The notes under the pieces are model-generated. The model ran no database searches, was not told where the DNA came from, and saw only the letters and a program-made list of their open reading frames with translations. Position numbers and translations under genes: made by a program. 64,000 bases of DNA from Cyanophora paradoxa CCMP329 (Eukaryota > Plantae > Glaucophyta): NCBI GenBank assembly GCA_004431415.1, contig QPMI01000432.1, positions 248,001 to 312,000 on the forward strand. The letters run 5' to 3'. Shown here piece after piece: positions 35,117 to 48,144 of this stretch (position 1 is the stretch's first letter; every line of letters starts with the position of its first letter).

Positions 35117-38100
35117 ATGGCCCTCGCAGACAGCACCCTGCGATTTAAGCACTTCCTGCAGCCTATAAGGTGCGCAACAGAGCGGACAGCTGGCTCCGGC
35201 GCTTCCTCTTGACCCGACGCGCGCGCCCTGGGCTCCCAGCGGCGTAGCTAGGAATCGGAGAACGCTGCGCGGCACAACAGGTGCTGATTGCTGCGCGCAG
35301 GGATCTGGCTGACAGCTGGAACATCGACATCGCGCGGGACCTTGAGGACTACCTGCAGGAGCTCGAGGACATCCGCGTCACGTTCGAGGGCGGAGAGAGC
35401 AACCTCAACTTCGCGCATGGTGCTCTTAGCTACCGCTCGTATCGTTTCTCCCGGGCCAACGCCCCGCCCTTCAGCCGCGCTCCTCATCCAGGGGTCAACG
35501 CTCGTGTACAGCAAGAAGGCGCGCGGGCGCGTGGCGCGGCGCCTACAGCGGCCTCACCGTTGCTCAGGTCGAGTACCTCTACGCTCTGACCGAGGAGGTC
35601 CGGGACCGCATACTTGAGCGAAAGTGCGCCCGGCCGGCTTCCGCCCGTTTGCCCGCCCGCCCGCCCGCAGCGCGCTCAAGGGGACGGGGCGCAGGCGGGA
35701 CGAGGCGGCGAGGAAGAAGCGTGCGGACGATGGCGAGGACGAGGCGCTCTTCAAGGACGAGCAGTTCATCAATCTGGAGGACATGCCCGGTGCGGCGGCT
35801 CCCTCCTTCGCCCCGCCTCGCCCTGCCCCGCCCCGCTCACGGGAGACCAGAGGGGGCGGACCTCGACCTGGGGGAGGAGGAGGAGGAGGAGATGGTGGCG
35901 CGCAACTCGGCAGCCCGGGAGCGGCCCTCCGGTGCATTCTTCGGGCTCGAGCGGGACCCGAACAGCGGGCCCGCCGCCGACGACGAGATCGGCGAGCTGA
36001 AGGTGGGGAGGGGGGCGGGTGCCCTGCTCTGTCTTGGTGGCCAGGCCTGACGCTGGGCGGGCGGGCGCGGCAGATGCGGGGGGCGGCGGTGCACCCGTCG
36101 GGCGCCGTGCTGCTCCAGGCTCGGGACCGCGACTCGCTCGACGCCCGCCTGCGCCCCATCGGGCGCCGCGGAGGCGGCGGAGGCGGCGGCGGAGGCGGAG
36201 GGGCCAGGGCCGGTGGGCAGTCCCGACTCTCGGCTCATTGCTACTCGGCCTAAGCGCACGCGCAGGCCGCCGGGGCGCGCCGGAGGAGGAGGCTGGCCCC
36301 TCTTCCGAGGGCTCCTGGGCCCTCGTCGTCCTGTCCTCCCTGCCCGAGGCGGACGCCCCGGGGCCCTCCGCCGGCGCCGGCGACCCGCAGCAGCAGCAGC
36401 CGCAGGCGCCCGCGGCGGCAGGGAGGAGGCCCCGCCCTCGGGCGCGCCCGGAGAAGCGCCGCCTCCGCCGCCCCCGGACGACTTCGACGACGGCGGCAAC
36501 GACGCGGCGTTCGAGGAGGCGTGGGACGACGGGCCGGCAGGCGGCGGGGTAGAGCCCGAGCCGCAGGCGGCCCCTCCCCAGCCGCGGGAGGACGCCCCGC
36601 GGGCCGCGGCGGCGGCGGCGGCGGCCGCGCCGCAGCGCAAGAAGCAGGCGGCGGAGCCGCCGAAGAAGAAGCAGAAGAAGGAGAAGCCGAGCATATGGGA
36701 GCCGCTGGACCCGGACGCGCCGGCGACGCCCGCCGAGCAGCGCGCCTTCTGGCGTCCCGCCCGCCTCGGTGAGCCCCAGGCCCAGCAGGCCCCGCAGGCT
36801 TCGCTCAGCGCGGGGGCGCAGGGAAGACGTGGCGGGCACCCAACGTGCGGCGGCTCTGCGCGGTGGAGGAGGCCCCGCCCGGCTGGCTGCCCTTCGGCGT
36901 GGACGCCCTCTCCCGCTGCCCGCCCCTCTCCGTGCCCCTCGAGTCCGCCTGGGCCCGCTTCCTCGCGCCCACGGCCCCCGAGCTCCTCCGCCCCTACGCC
37001 GCCCTCGCCCGCTCCGCCCGCGGCGGCGGCGGCGCGAGGAAGGCTGGCGGGGCGAACGGCGAAGATGAGGATGAGGAGGAAGGGGAGGAGGTGCCGGGCG
37101 AGGAGCTCTTCGGAGAGTTCGGCGGAGGCGGAGGCGGAGGGGAAGGCGCCTTCGCGCCGCTCGTGGAGGACGGCCCGGGCGGCCCCGCGGCGCCCCCCGC
37201 CGAGGGCGCCGGCGGCTGGGACGGCGGGGACGCGGGGTTCGGCGGGGGGTACGACGCGGGCGGGGACGACGGGTCGGACGCGGGGGGCTGGGAGGGCGGG
37301 CCCGCCCACGTGGACGGCCTGCCGGAGGCGGGACCGGGGAGGCGCCGGCCGAGCCGCCGGCCGAGCCGCCGGCGCCGGCGGCGGAGGAGAGCTTCGAGGA
37401 CCGGTGCCGGGCGCACGTCGAGCGGTACCTGCGGGAGGCGCGGGGGTACGCGGAGGAGACGGCGCTCGCCGCGCGCGTGGCGGAGTGGCAGCGGCGGCTG
37501 GCGCCGGCGCTCGCGGCGGAGGAGGAGCGAGGGCCCTTCGACATCCACGAGACCAGCGACGGGCTCCTGGCCGAGCACGCGCGGCTCCGCGGACTCGCCG
37601 CGGCCGCCCCCGACGCCGCCTGCGCGGCCGCCGCCCCGCTCCGCTTCGGCGAGTTGGTGGCGGGGCGTCCCCGCCACGCCATCTGCCGCGCCTTCCTCGC
37701 CCTGCTCATGCTCGCCAACACGGGGAACGAGGTCATCGACGTACCCCCGCCCGGCCCCCGCGGGGCCAGCGGGCCGGCCCCCGACCTCCCCCTCCGCCTC
37801 GCCTCGCTCCGCACCCGCCACGCCCTTCTCGAGTCGTACCTTGCCCCCTCCCTCAGGCCGGCCGCCTCGGCCGCCGCCGCCGCGCCGCCCCTGCCGCTCC
37901 GCCCGGCCCCAGGCAAGCCCCCCGCGGCGCCGGCCAACGACGAGAACGCCGACCCGGAGGAGGCGGGCCCCTCGACGCAGGCGGGAGGGAACGTCCCGCT
38001 CCCCCTCCCCGTCCGGGCCGGCCGCAAGGCGCGCGGCAAGGCCAAGTCCGACGAAAACGCCGCCGGCGCCGACGCGGAGCCGGGGCCCAGCTGCTTCACG

Positions 38101-38299
38101 CAGGGGGCCCTCCCGCCCCCTACGCCCAAGCGGAGCCCCCCCAAGAAGAAGGGCAGGCGGGGACCCAGGTGCACCACCCTACCCCTCCCCGGCTTCGCCC
38201 CCTCCCCTCTGACGCCGACCCCCCGCGTGCAGGTCTCCGGCCAAGGGCGGCGGGACGCCCCTTGCGCCCCTCGCGCCCCTGCCCCTCTCCTTCCGGTAG
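35117..38299 (+). CDS. NCAPH2: Condensin II kleisin subunit CAP-H2
   Basis: RFKHFLQPIR|DLADSWNIDIARDLEDYL..NFA..AALLIQGSTLVYSKK|VEYLY. Further motifs WEPLDP, RVAEWQRRLAPALAAEEERGPFDIH and ICRAFLALLMLANTGN. Confidence 0.93.
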
Positions 38300-38346
38300 A
38301 AGCGGCCAGCCTTCTCCCTCCAATAAGTAACACGGAGTCAGCCGAG

Positions 38347-41300
38347 TCACATGAGGGAGCACTGGGCGTCCTCGGGCTCGTCCTCGTCGCCCTCGCCCTC
38401 CTCGCCGGGCCCCGCGGCGGCCCCGGGGACGCCCCCCAGCAGGATGCGCCGCAGCACGGAGCGCGGCACCAGGATCATCCCGTTCCGCTCGTGCGCCTGC
38501 GCGCGAGCACGGGGGCGGGCGACTTAGAAAGGCTCGTGAGCTCAGGCTCAGGGGCGTGGCGAAGCTAAGCCTCGAAGCTCAAGCACGAGAAGCCTAGAAT
38601 AAGAGTAAGATGCTTGAACAAGGGCGCACGAGGGCGCGCTTGTTCTTGGCGAGGACGCGGTCCCTGTCCGGCAGCGCCGTCGCCTCCTCCCGCGTCGGCG
38701 TCCACACCTGAGAGCGGCAGGCATGAGAGGGGAGGAGTGGCGGAAGTAGGCGGGGTCCGCGCCTTGACGCTGTTGTCGATGCCGCTGCTGGCGAGCACGC
38801 AGTCGAAGGGGTGCGCCTGCACGCAGTTCACCACGTGCCGGTCCCCCTGCCCCGCACAGTCAGGCGTCGGGCGGGGGTAAGGGCGCAAGGGAGGGGGGGT
38901 ATGCCTTCAGGAAGTTGACGAGGGCGCCCGTGCGGCGGTCCCAGACGAAGAGCCGCCCGCAGTCGCTCCCTGCGGGGCGGCCTAAGTGATGCGGAGGAAG
39001 TCAAGTCAAGGGCATGGGCGGCACCGGAGGCGACGAACTGGGCGCGGGGCCCGAGGAAGGAGACCTCCTTGATGGTCCGGATGTTCGAGTGGCCCCCGTA
39101 CCGCCCCGCGTACGTCCCGTCCAGCCCTGCGAGAGGGCGTGGGTGGGTGGGGGGCAGGCGTGGGTAGGTAGGGGTAAGGGGATTACTTCGTTCCGGGGAG
39201 GCGGCGCGCCGCCGCCCGCGGGGTCCGCCCCCTCCTCCCCCCTCCTCTTCCTCGGGGCCGAGCCCCGAGTCGGACGAGCCGTCGCCGCCCTCTTCGTCCT
39301 CGTCCTCGTCCTGCTCCGATTGTTAGTTAAGATCACGCCTCCAAATCAACTTGGCGCGGTGGTGTAGTGCACCTCCTCCTCGTCGTCTTCGTCTTCGTCC
39401 TCTTCCCCCTCGTCCTCCTCCACCACGATCTCCCGGTCGCTGTCCGTCTGCTCTTCTTCTTGTTCCTCCTCCTCCTCTTCTTCTGCCCCGGCTTCCGCCT
39501 GCTCCTCCTCCTCCTCCTCCTGCGTCTCGGCGTCCCGCGCCTGCCTTCGGAAGCGCGCCCCGGGGCCCACGTGCGACGCCGCTGACGAGGACGACCCGGC
39601 GGCGGCCCCGCCGGCCCCGCCGGCCCCGCCGCTGTTGCCTCCCTCGCCTCCTTCTCCCCCCGCGGCAGCGGCGGCGGCGCGGGCGGCGGCGGCCGCCTCG
39701 CGGCGCTGCCGGACCTCCCGTAGCCGCCTCAGCTCGTCCGCGACCCGCTCGGGCGTCCCGGGCACCGGCACGCCCGCCGCCGCTCCCGCCGACTGCGCCT
39801 CAGCATCCGCGCTTCCACCGCCGCCGCCGCCAGCGCCCCGGCGGGCCTTCTTGGACGACGAGGAGCCGTCGCGGGGCCCCGTGGGGGACCCGGATCCCGA
39901 GCGGCCGCCCGGGGCCCCCTCCCGCTTGGCGCCTCCCCCGCCTCCCCCCGAGCCGGAAGGTCCGGCGCGCCGCTCCGGGTCGAGGGAGGCGAGAGAGAGG
40001 GGCCCGGCCTCACCCACGACGGCGTAGGCGCGGGCCTCCGGCGCCGGCGCCGGCATCGGCATCGGCATCGGCCCCACGAATCCCGCGTCCCCCTCCCGCG
40101 CCGCCCGCTCGGGATCCCCCGCCGCCGCCGCCGCCTCGGGCGTGACCCCGGCCGGGCGCGCCGGCCGGGGCAGGACGAGGGGGCGCCGCCCTAGAGGCGG
40201 GCCCTCGGCGTCGCCCTCCCCCTGCTCGTTCTCCCCCCGCGAGACGTCGAAGCTGCGCCGGCGTCAGCATGCGAGGCGGGCGGGGCGTGCGGGGGCGGTG
40301 GGGGTACACGGACAGGTAGACGTCCTCGGTGGAGTACGTGGCAAGGGCCCATGGCCCGGCCGGCGCGAAGGCCGTCCCCGTGATCTGGAGCCGCATGCTG
40401 GAGGACGCCCGCAGGTGCGAGGGCGCGAACTTGGCGACGGGCGCCGTCGCCCGCACGGAGCCGGACGGCGAGAGCGCGCGCCGGTCGAAGAGGCGGAGGT
40501 ACTGGTCGCGCCCCGCGCAGGCGAGCAGGTGCGGCGACGTCTCGCTGATCGCGACGCTGTGGAGGCCGATGCGGCGTAGAACTGAGCGCCCGCCGCCGGG
40601 CTGCCGCCTCAGGTCCACGACGACGTTCCCGCAGCCCGAGGTGCCCCCCGTCCCCATCGCGCACGCGTGCGCCTGCCTCACGTCGTGCATCCGCACCGTC
40701 CCGTCCTGCGCGGCCGTCAGCGTCGGGCGGGCCGTGCGGCCCGCTGCGCCCGCGCACGTCGGAGCACGAGTAGAAGACGCTGGAGGAGGCGGGATCCAGA
40801 GCCAGCTTGTGCACCAGGGACCTGCCGGGCGGGGCCGACGCGCGTCGGCCTCGGGGCGCGCCGGCGGGCGCTTGCAGATGCGGGGGCGCGGACTCGTGGC
40901 AGGAGATGTGCTTGCAAGTATTCTTTTCAAGGTCGATGTATCGGATTCTGGGGAGGATCGGCGGCGCGGCGCGGGGGCGCCGATCGTAAGCAATCAACTT
41001 CGGCCGTGCGCATTCGGCTGGAGCGTACCCGCCGTCCGCAGCGCAGGTAACGATCTGCCTGTCGTTCGTGAATGGCATGAAACGCGCGCAGAAGATGTTT
41101 CCTGCCCCGCGCAGCGCGTCAGACGCCGCGTATGCGACCCCTCTGTGGAACCCGCACCTTCGTGCTCCGTGTCGAAAGAGTGCTTAAGCTGCAGCCTGTT
41201 CATGTCCCAGATCTTTATCTGCATGGCGCGCAACGTTAGAGGGGGCCCGCACCAGAGCGCACGGCGCTGGATCGCCCAAGCGCGGTCCTCGGCGTTGCAG

Positions 41301-41652
41301 AGCTAGCGACGCGCGAGCTGATCCGAGGCCCGAGACGCACCCTGGTGTCGTCGCTTCCCGAGACAAGCAAGCCGCCGTCCGAATTCCAGACGACTGCGCG
41401 TGGCATCCGATCAGCAGACTTCACGCGTACGCGGCCATGCGGGAAGCTCGGCGCGCCTGTATTTACGCATCCTGTGTGTGACTCTACCGCACGGGCGCAA
41501 CGAACGAGGCATCAGCGCGCGGGCCGTGGCGGATCGGTATGAGGCGCACCTAGCTCCTTCTGCATCGTGAGGCGGCGGATGAGGGTCGGAGTGAATGAGA
41601 GGTCCCGAATGCGCCGCAGCCCGCCCACGTTGCGGGGGTCTCGGCGCTCCAT
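38347..41652 (-). CDS. DCAF8/DCAF6/WDTC1-family WD40 substrate receptor with a C-terminal CaaX (CSLM)
   Basis: [72 protein letters not shown] and [28 protein letters not shown]. It ends AQCSLM*. Confidence 0.9.
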
Positions 41653-41934
41653 CGCTCGGGATCTGCCTACCCTCCCCCCACCTTTCCCCCTCAGACGGGG
41701 GCTGCTCAGTTGTTGCAAACTAGCCCGGGGGGCAATTTGCGACGGGGTACGCAGAGGAATTGCAATTCACCTGCACCAAGAGATGATCCCTTCACTCCAG
41801 GCGCCCTTGACTCGCGTGCGCATGCGCCCGGATCCATTCATGCAAGGCGGGCGTACCCTCGGCAGTGCCGTTTGCGGAACCAGCGACCTGGTAGCGAGCC
41901 AGCGAGAAACAACTCGGCCGCGGCTGCACCAAGC

Positions 41935-44070
41935 ATGGGTCGCCCCACTGAGATCTTCGTGGACCCGCCGGCCCTGGAAGCGGACTTGAACTGCGCGATC
42001 TGCACCAGCGTCTTCGATGAGCCTGTGCGCCTCGGCTGTGGGCACACCTACTGCAAGCCGTGCCTTGATGAGCTCTTGAAGCAGAGCACTGCCTGCCCCA
42101 CGTTCGCTTCCTTCTCTTTTTAATCCCTCGCGTGTGCTGATCATGATCGGCGCCGCGCATGCGCAGATGCCGGCATCTGATCAGCAAAGAGGCGTTAGAG
42201 GAGAACAAGGTCGTGGAGACGAAGATTCGCCGGATGGATACCTTGTGCGCCGTGCCTCTCCCCGTCCTGCGCATGCGTATACCGCGAACCGCGATCTCAC
42301 CATGCCGTGGCTCGGGCCCGGGCTCTCAGCTGTGAGAACAAGAACGACGGCTGTGAGTGGACGGGGCCGCTCTGGAAACGCGAAAGGCATTGTCGTGGTT
42401 GCGAGTACGCGAAGCGCCAATGCCGCGGCCCGGGGTGCAAGAAGCGTGTGCACCGTGACAGGCTTCAAGTGCGTGCTCGCTTCACGTAGATTTCAAGAAT
42501 AGGATCGCATGGCCATACGCGCATGTGATTAAATGTTGGCGGCAGGCCCACGAGTCCGAGTGCAAGTTTGTGCCGCGGCCGTGCCCGCGAGGCTGCGGGG
42601 CGGAGGGATTCGCGTCTTCCTACGAAGCCCATACCGGTGCGACGACTTCATTCCCCGGGCAGTGACACCCCGGCGATAAGTGACACCCCGGGCAGCGGAT
42701 TGTGCGGATCGCCTCTCAAAGCAGAAGAAGGAGATGGAGCCGAAGCTCAAGGCTGCGGAGCAACTGCTTAAGACGCTGGAGGAGAACCGCACTGTGCGCG
42801 ACTTATAATTAGTATGCAAACATGCATGATGGGAGCGTTTAAACTTGCCTTGCAGCTATATATGGCTCGCCCCCGGCAGCGCAGCTCCTTTCAATTCATC
42901 GTGCAAGACTATCTCAAGATGAAGGAGAGGGCGGGCGAGGCGCGGCAGTCCTCCACCATCAAGCCCATCGGCAACGGACCTTGCACCTGGTACGCTGAGC
43001 ACAAGGCAGCACTCGCCTCTCCTCTTGGCTCACAAGCACTTGCAGGAACATCCGCGTGTATTCGAATGGGAAGAACGGCGATAATATGAGCAAGGAGCAC
43101 CTCGCCGTGTACCTGAAGCGGGCTGACGGGGCTGGCTTCCAGACAGCCTTCACGCTCACGCTCGTGAGCGCGGATCCGACCAAGAACGTGGTGATGGAGG
43201 CAAAGATGCGCGAGCCGGCTTTACAAGGAGAGAGCCACGGCTTTTCTCGCTTCGCTGCCCTCTCCACCGTGGCGGACCCCGCACAGGGCTTCCTGCAAGG
43301 CGGCGCCCTCGTCTTTCGCGTCCAAATCGGACCTCAGCGGCAACTCGGCCTGGCGGAGATGGAGGAGATCGATATCGCACATCTAGAGGTGAGTGGCACC
43401 GCTGCGAACCGGTCGCTCGGCGGCCGCGGGCGCTGACCGTGCTACGGTGCTGCTGCAGATGATTGTCAGCAATGCTGACGCTGAGCGGGAGGAGCTGGAA
43501 GTACAAGTCGGATTGCAGAAGGTGGGCACGGTCGGTCGCAAGAATGATGTTGAAAAGCTTTTGATTGCAGCGCAGATAGCGGCCGGCGAGCTGCAGCGGC
43601 GAGCCGAGGCGGCGGAGCGGGCCTTGGAGGCGATGGCGCGCCAGCTGCTAGAGGTGAGGGCCCGCCCAGAGGGTGTTCATGACGGGCTCTGCTCTGATAT
43701 CGATGCCTGGCCCGCAGGAGTTGGAGGCTCGCGCGGTGGCGGAGGCGCTGTTGGCGGAGCGACTGCAAGAGGTGGCCGCCTTAGCGGAGCTGGTAGCCCT
43801 GCGGGGCCAGCTGCGGGAGAAGGTCCCGCGCCTGCTCCCCGCCCCGGAGGATGCTGCTCTAGATCTGATGCGGGGCCGGGCGCGCAGGAGGCCGAGACTC
43901 GGCCCCTCGTGGAGCTCAAGCGCAAGCTGAAGATGGCTCTGGGTGAAGCCTCGGTGAGGCCGGCCCCCCCCCGGTTGGAGCGAACGCGACCTCTAGATCT
44001 TGATTTGACGCTGACCCTGATCATGACCCTGCCGCAGCCGGGCCAGGAGAACAGGAGGCCGCCCGAGTGA
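41935..44070 (+). CDS. TRAF-like E3: RING, zf-TRAF, coiled coil, MATH, coiled coil
   Basis: RING LNCAICTSVFDEPVRLGCGHTYCKPCL..CPTCR. Zinc fingers CENKNDGCEWTGPL..HCRGCEY and AHESECKFVPRPCPRGC. MATH W|NIRVYSNG..HLAVYL..HGFSRF..GFLQGGALVFRVQI. Confidence 0.88.
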
Positions 44071-44517
44071 CGACTCTTGATCATGAGGAGCTTGCGATCG
44101 AGATCTAGAGGTAGATCGGGATCTCATGATCATGATCATCAGCTTCAGGCCTAGGTGGTCGGGCCCATCGACGTATTTAGTGACCAGTTTTGAGCACTAT
44201 GCATGCCATGATGATCGTTATCGTGACGCGACTCAGCGGGGGGGGGAGCCCAACTAGCTGTAGTGCTCGGTGTCTTGCAGTTGGCAAGCCTTGAATAATC
44301 ATCGGATCATGAGAGGAAGCTTAAGCCTTGAAGCCCCAGTCAAGCCCCTGGACCTGCCGCAGTGCCAGGGCAGCATCTCAGCATCTCAGAGTCAACTGGC
44401 AGCCGCTGAGCATCTCAGAGCAAGAGACCGATCGGACGCTGCGCCGGGCGCCCTGGCATTATGCACGATTACGATCCGCCGGCCGATGATCGATAGCGAT
44501 ATATATCGCTGTAACAT

Positions 44518-47500
44518 TTACAATGTGCCATCACGAACGGGCAGCGCAGGCAGCTGAGGGGGGCATGGGCAGCCGAGGCGGGATTGGAGCGGCCGCGGGC
44601 GGCGCGGGCCCGGAGGGCGGCGCGGGCGGCGCCGAGCCGGCGGGGCGCTGCGCAGGCGACGGGATGGGGCCTTGGAGGGGTACGGGCTGCCTAAGGGGTA
44701 CGGGGACGGCGGGGGGCGGGGGGCTGCCCGGGGCCAGGGGCAGCGGCGCCGGCGTTCACGTTGGGGGATAAGGAGTGGGGGGCCGCCCGGCGAACGCGGC
44801 AGAGCTGGAGGCTGCGACTGGAGGAGGCGGGGGCCGGAGGGGCGCCCCGCGGAAGTCGAGGGGGCGGAGGCGGAGGCGGGGCCCAGGGGGCCGGGGGCGG
44901 CGGGCGCCGAGCCAGGGACCACGGGGTGGGCCCCGGGGGGCGGCCCCGATCCGCCCGGCCCCGCGGCTTGCGGGAGGGGTACCGACGATGAGGAGGGCGG
45001 CTGGGCGGGGGAGGGCGCGGGTCCAGATCCGGAGGCGGAGGCGGGGGGAAGGCCGGGGGGAAGGTCTGGGGCGAGGCGGAGGGGCCGGGGGCGGGCCTGC
45101 CGCCGGCGAGGGAGGCGCCGGCGGCGGCGGCCGGAGGCGCAGCGGAGGGAGCAGAGGCCATGAGCGACGGCCTGGGCGCGGGGGGCGCCGGCGCTGCCAG
45201 GGCCGGCCCGGGGCGCGGGGGGGGCGAGGAGCGCGGCCCCTCGCCGCCGCCCTCCTCGCTCTCCTCCTCCTCGTCCTCCTCGTCCTCGTCCTCGTCGTCC
45301 TCTTCTGGAGCGCCGCGGAGCCGGCGGGGCCCGGCGGAACCGGCGGCGGAGCGGCCGGCGGCCATCTCGGCTCTGGCCTCGCCGAAGAGGTTGGCGTTGG
45401 GCACGCGGTTCAGGATCTTCTTCGCCTCAGACGTAAGCAGCTTGACTGGGGGAGAACGGTCAGAACGAGAAAGAAAAGGAAAGGGGTAGAGCTGAGAAGC
45501 GCACTGTCGATGCCGGGGTCGCGGTAGAGACGGTCCTCCAGGTCCTGCAGGTCGTCCCGCATCTGCACAGAGAAGGATCGATCAGACGGAGCCGGGGCGG
45601 GGGGTGGAGAGGGGGGGCGTGCCTGGCGGAGGACGGTCTTGTCGTACCCCTCGCAGCGCTGCTTCTCCCGGACCTTCGCCTGCCAGTGCCGCATCGCCGT
45701 GAACTGCAGGGCAGGCGCGTCAGGGGGAGAGGGAGGGTGGCGGAAGGGGGGGGGGGGGGGGGGGACAGGGTCGGACCTTGCGCTGGGGCCAGCGCTTGAT
45801 GCCCCACGCGCGGCAGTTCTTCTTAATGACGGTCACGCACGCCTTCAGCTGGGCCGCCACGGTGTTGATCGGCATGTGGAAGTACCTGAGGCCGGGTACC
45901 GGTTCGTCAGGAAAGGGAGGGGGTACGGGTTCACAAGGAAAGAGGGGGTACCGCTCGTAGTTGGATCGGGTGTGGACGGACTCGTCGACGGCGAGGGGCG
46001 GGCGGCCCATCTTCTTCCGCGGCCGCCCGTCCTTCGTCAGCGCAGGCGCCGGAGCGGGACCGGGCCCGGGCCCGGCGGCGCCGCCGCCCGACTCCGGCGC
46101 AGGGGACCCGCCGAGGCCCCCGCCGCCACCAGCGCCGCGGCCGCCGCCGCGACGGCCGCGCTCACGTTCGACCGCGCCGCGCCCGAGGGCCGCCGCCGGT
46201 AGGCCCGCCCTCCGCCGCCAGCTCGGGGCCGCGCCCTCGGGAGGGTGCAGCGCCGTGGCCCCAGCGGGGCGGGGAGCCCGGGACGCCGGAGGGGTACGGG
46301 TGCGCGACGGCGCGGCGCTCTGCGAGCCGCTCCTTCCGCGCGGCGCGGCGCGCCTTCGGGTCGCCCGCTGCAGCTGCGCCCGCCGCCGCCTCCTCGGGAT
46401 CGAGGCCCTCCGCCCCCTCTTTGGCCTTCTTGCGGGGCCGCCCGCGCGGCTTCGGCTCCTTCTCGCCACCCGCCGCCGCCGCCTTCCGCTTGCGGGAGCG
46501 CGCCGGCGCCGGCGCGGTCGCCGGCGCGGCCCAGGGCGGGCCGTACGCGGGGTCGGGCTGGGGGTCGGAGGAGGAGAGGGGGTAGGGCCCCGGCCCGGGG
46601 AGCTGCGGGGGCATGAGGAAGGGTATGAAATCCTCGGCCGTCTGCAGGTCCTCCTCGTCTTCCTCCTCGTCCTCCGAGCCTGCAGGGGTAGACCCGGAGC
46701 CTCAGACGGGAAGATCGAAGCGGATCAAATCAGCGCAGCGCAGCGCACGGCCGCAGAAGGAGTCCTCGCTGTCGGCGCCATCGTCTCCGTCCTCGTCCTC
46801 GCCCCCGTCGGCGTCGGCAGCGGCAGCGGCGGCGGCGGCGGCGGCCGCTTCGGCGGCCTCACGGGCGGCGGCGCGGCCGGCGGCCATCACCTCCTCCTCC
46901 ATCGCCGCCCGCGCGTCCCGCTCCCGCTCTCGATCCCGCTCGCCCCGCGCGAGGGCCGCGGCGAAGGGCGGCGCGGCGCCTCCGCCGTAGCCGCCGGGCA
47001 TGTCCGCCGGCGCGTGCGCGGCCGGGTCGTCGCGGGGCGACGCTGGCGCGCTGCCGCCGTGCCCGGCGCCGCGCCCGAAGGCGTGGAGGGCGAAGGCGGG
47101 GGTGGCGGGGAGGGAGGAGGCGTGCGGCAGCTCGAGGAGGGGCGAGAGGTCGTGGTGGAGGGAGAGGGGCAGGGAGCCTTCAGCGGGCGCCGGCGTCGCC
47201 GGGTCGAAGGTGGGGACGGGGCCCCGGGGCCCCCGCGGGGACGCTTCCGGGCTCGCCAGCCTGCGCTACTGGTCAGCCCCGGCGCGGGCGAGGAATCGGA
47301 AGGCGCGCGTGCGGTGAGCGCTAGCGCACGTGAACGGGTCGTGGTCAGAGGGACCCCATTCCATGGCCGCGGCTGCGCGCGATCGGAGAGCGTGAGGGGC
47401 GGTACTAGGGGGCTACCGCCCGGGCCGGCTCGAGGAGTGCGCACGAGGCTCGAGCCAGCGGGCAGGGCCCGAGGGCGGCAGCGATATGAAGAAGGAAGCC

Positions 47501-48144
47501 TCGAGAGGCGTTCCCCGGCTCAGCGCCTCGCCGGCGGCCGCGTCGCCGCCCGCGCGCCGCTCGACGGCTTCAGTGGTGACCTCCAGCGACCCGGCGGAGG
47601 CGTGGTCGAGCCGGAGGGCCGCCTCAGCGAGAAGGATGTGCAGATCCGAGGTGCCCGCGCGGCCTCCACCCAGCGAGAGGCGCAGCGACACACGGTACAC
47701 GCCGCGGCCCGCCGGGAGCGAGTGCGTCAGGACCTCCCGCCCGCCCTCCTGCGCGCCGACAACGTCAGTAGCGAGACGGAGACAGCGTTCACAATGAGTG
47801 CCGAGGGAGCGAAGGCCGAGGCCTGGCCTCCAGCAACAGGTCCAGATCTAGATCTAGAGGCAAGCGAGCTCGCTGCACTTCCCTCCAGACCCAGGAGCAC
47901 ACAGGACCGGAACAGAAGCGGAAAGCCAAAGATAATGCCGGAAATTGCGCACCGAGAAACAGTGTGCGCTGGGGCAGATCGCGCCGCCGTCGGGCGCGTG
48001 GACACTGGCTGCGATCCGCGCTTCTGGATGGCTGTTGGAGACGCTGCGGGCCCAAGAAACATGAAGCTCTTCGAACGACGCCGAAGTCGAGCCCGAAAGC
48101 GACTCGAGCTGCAGGCTGCCTCGCTCCTGCTGCTGCGGCGCCAT
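44518..48144 (-). CDS. RWP-RK domain transcription factor (both ends approximate)
   Basis: LRYFHMPINTVAAQLKACVTVIKKNCRAWGIKRWPQRK at ~45780-45890. Upstream exons splice in frame from MAPQQQ at 48144. Also contains AT-hook-like KPRGRPRKK. Confidence 0.85.
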
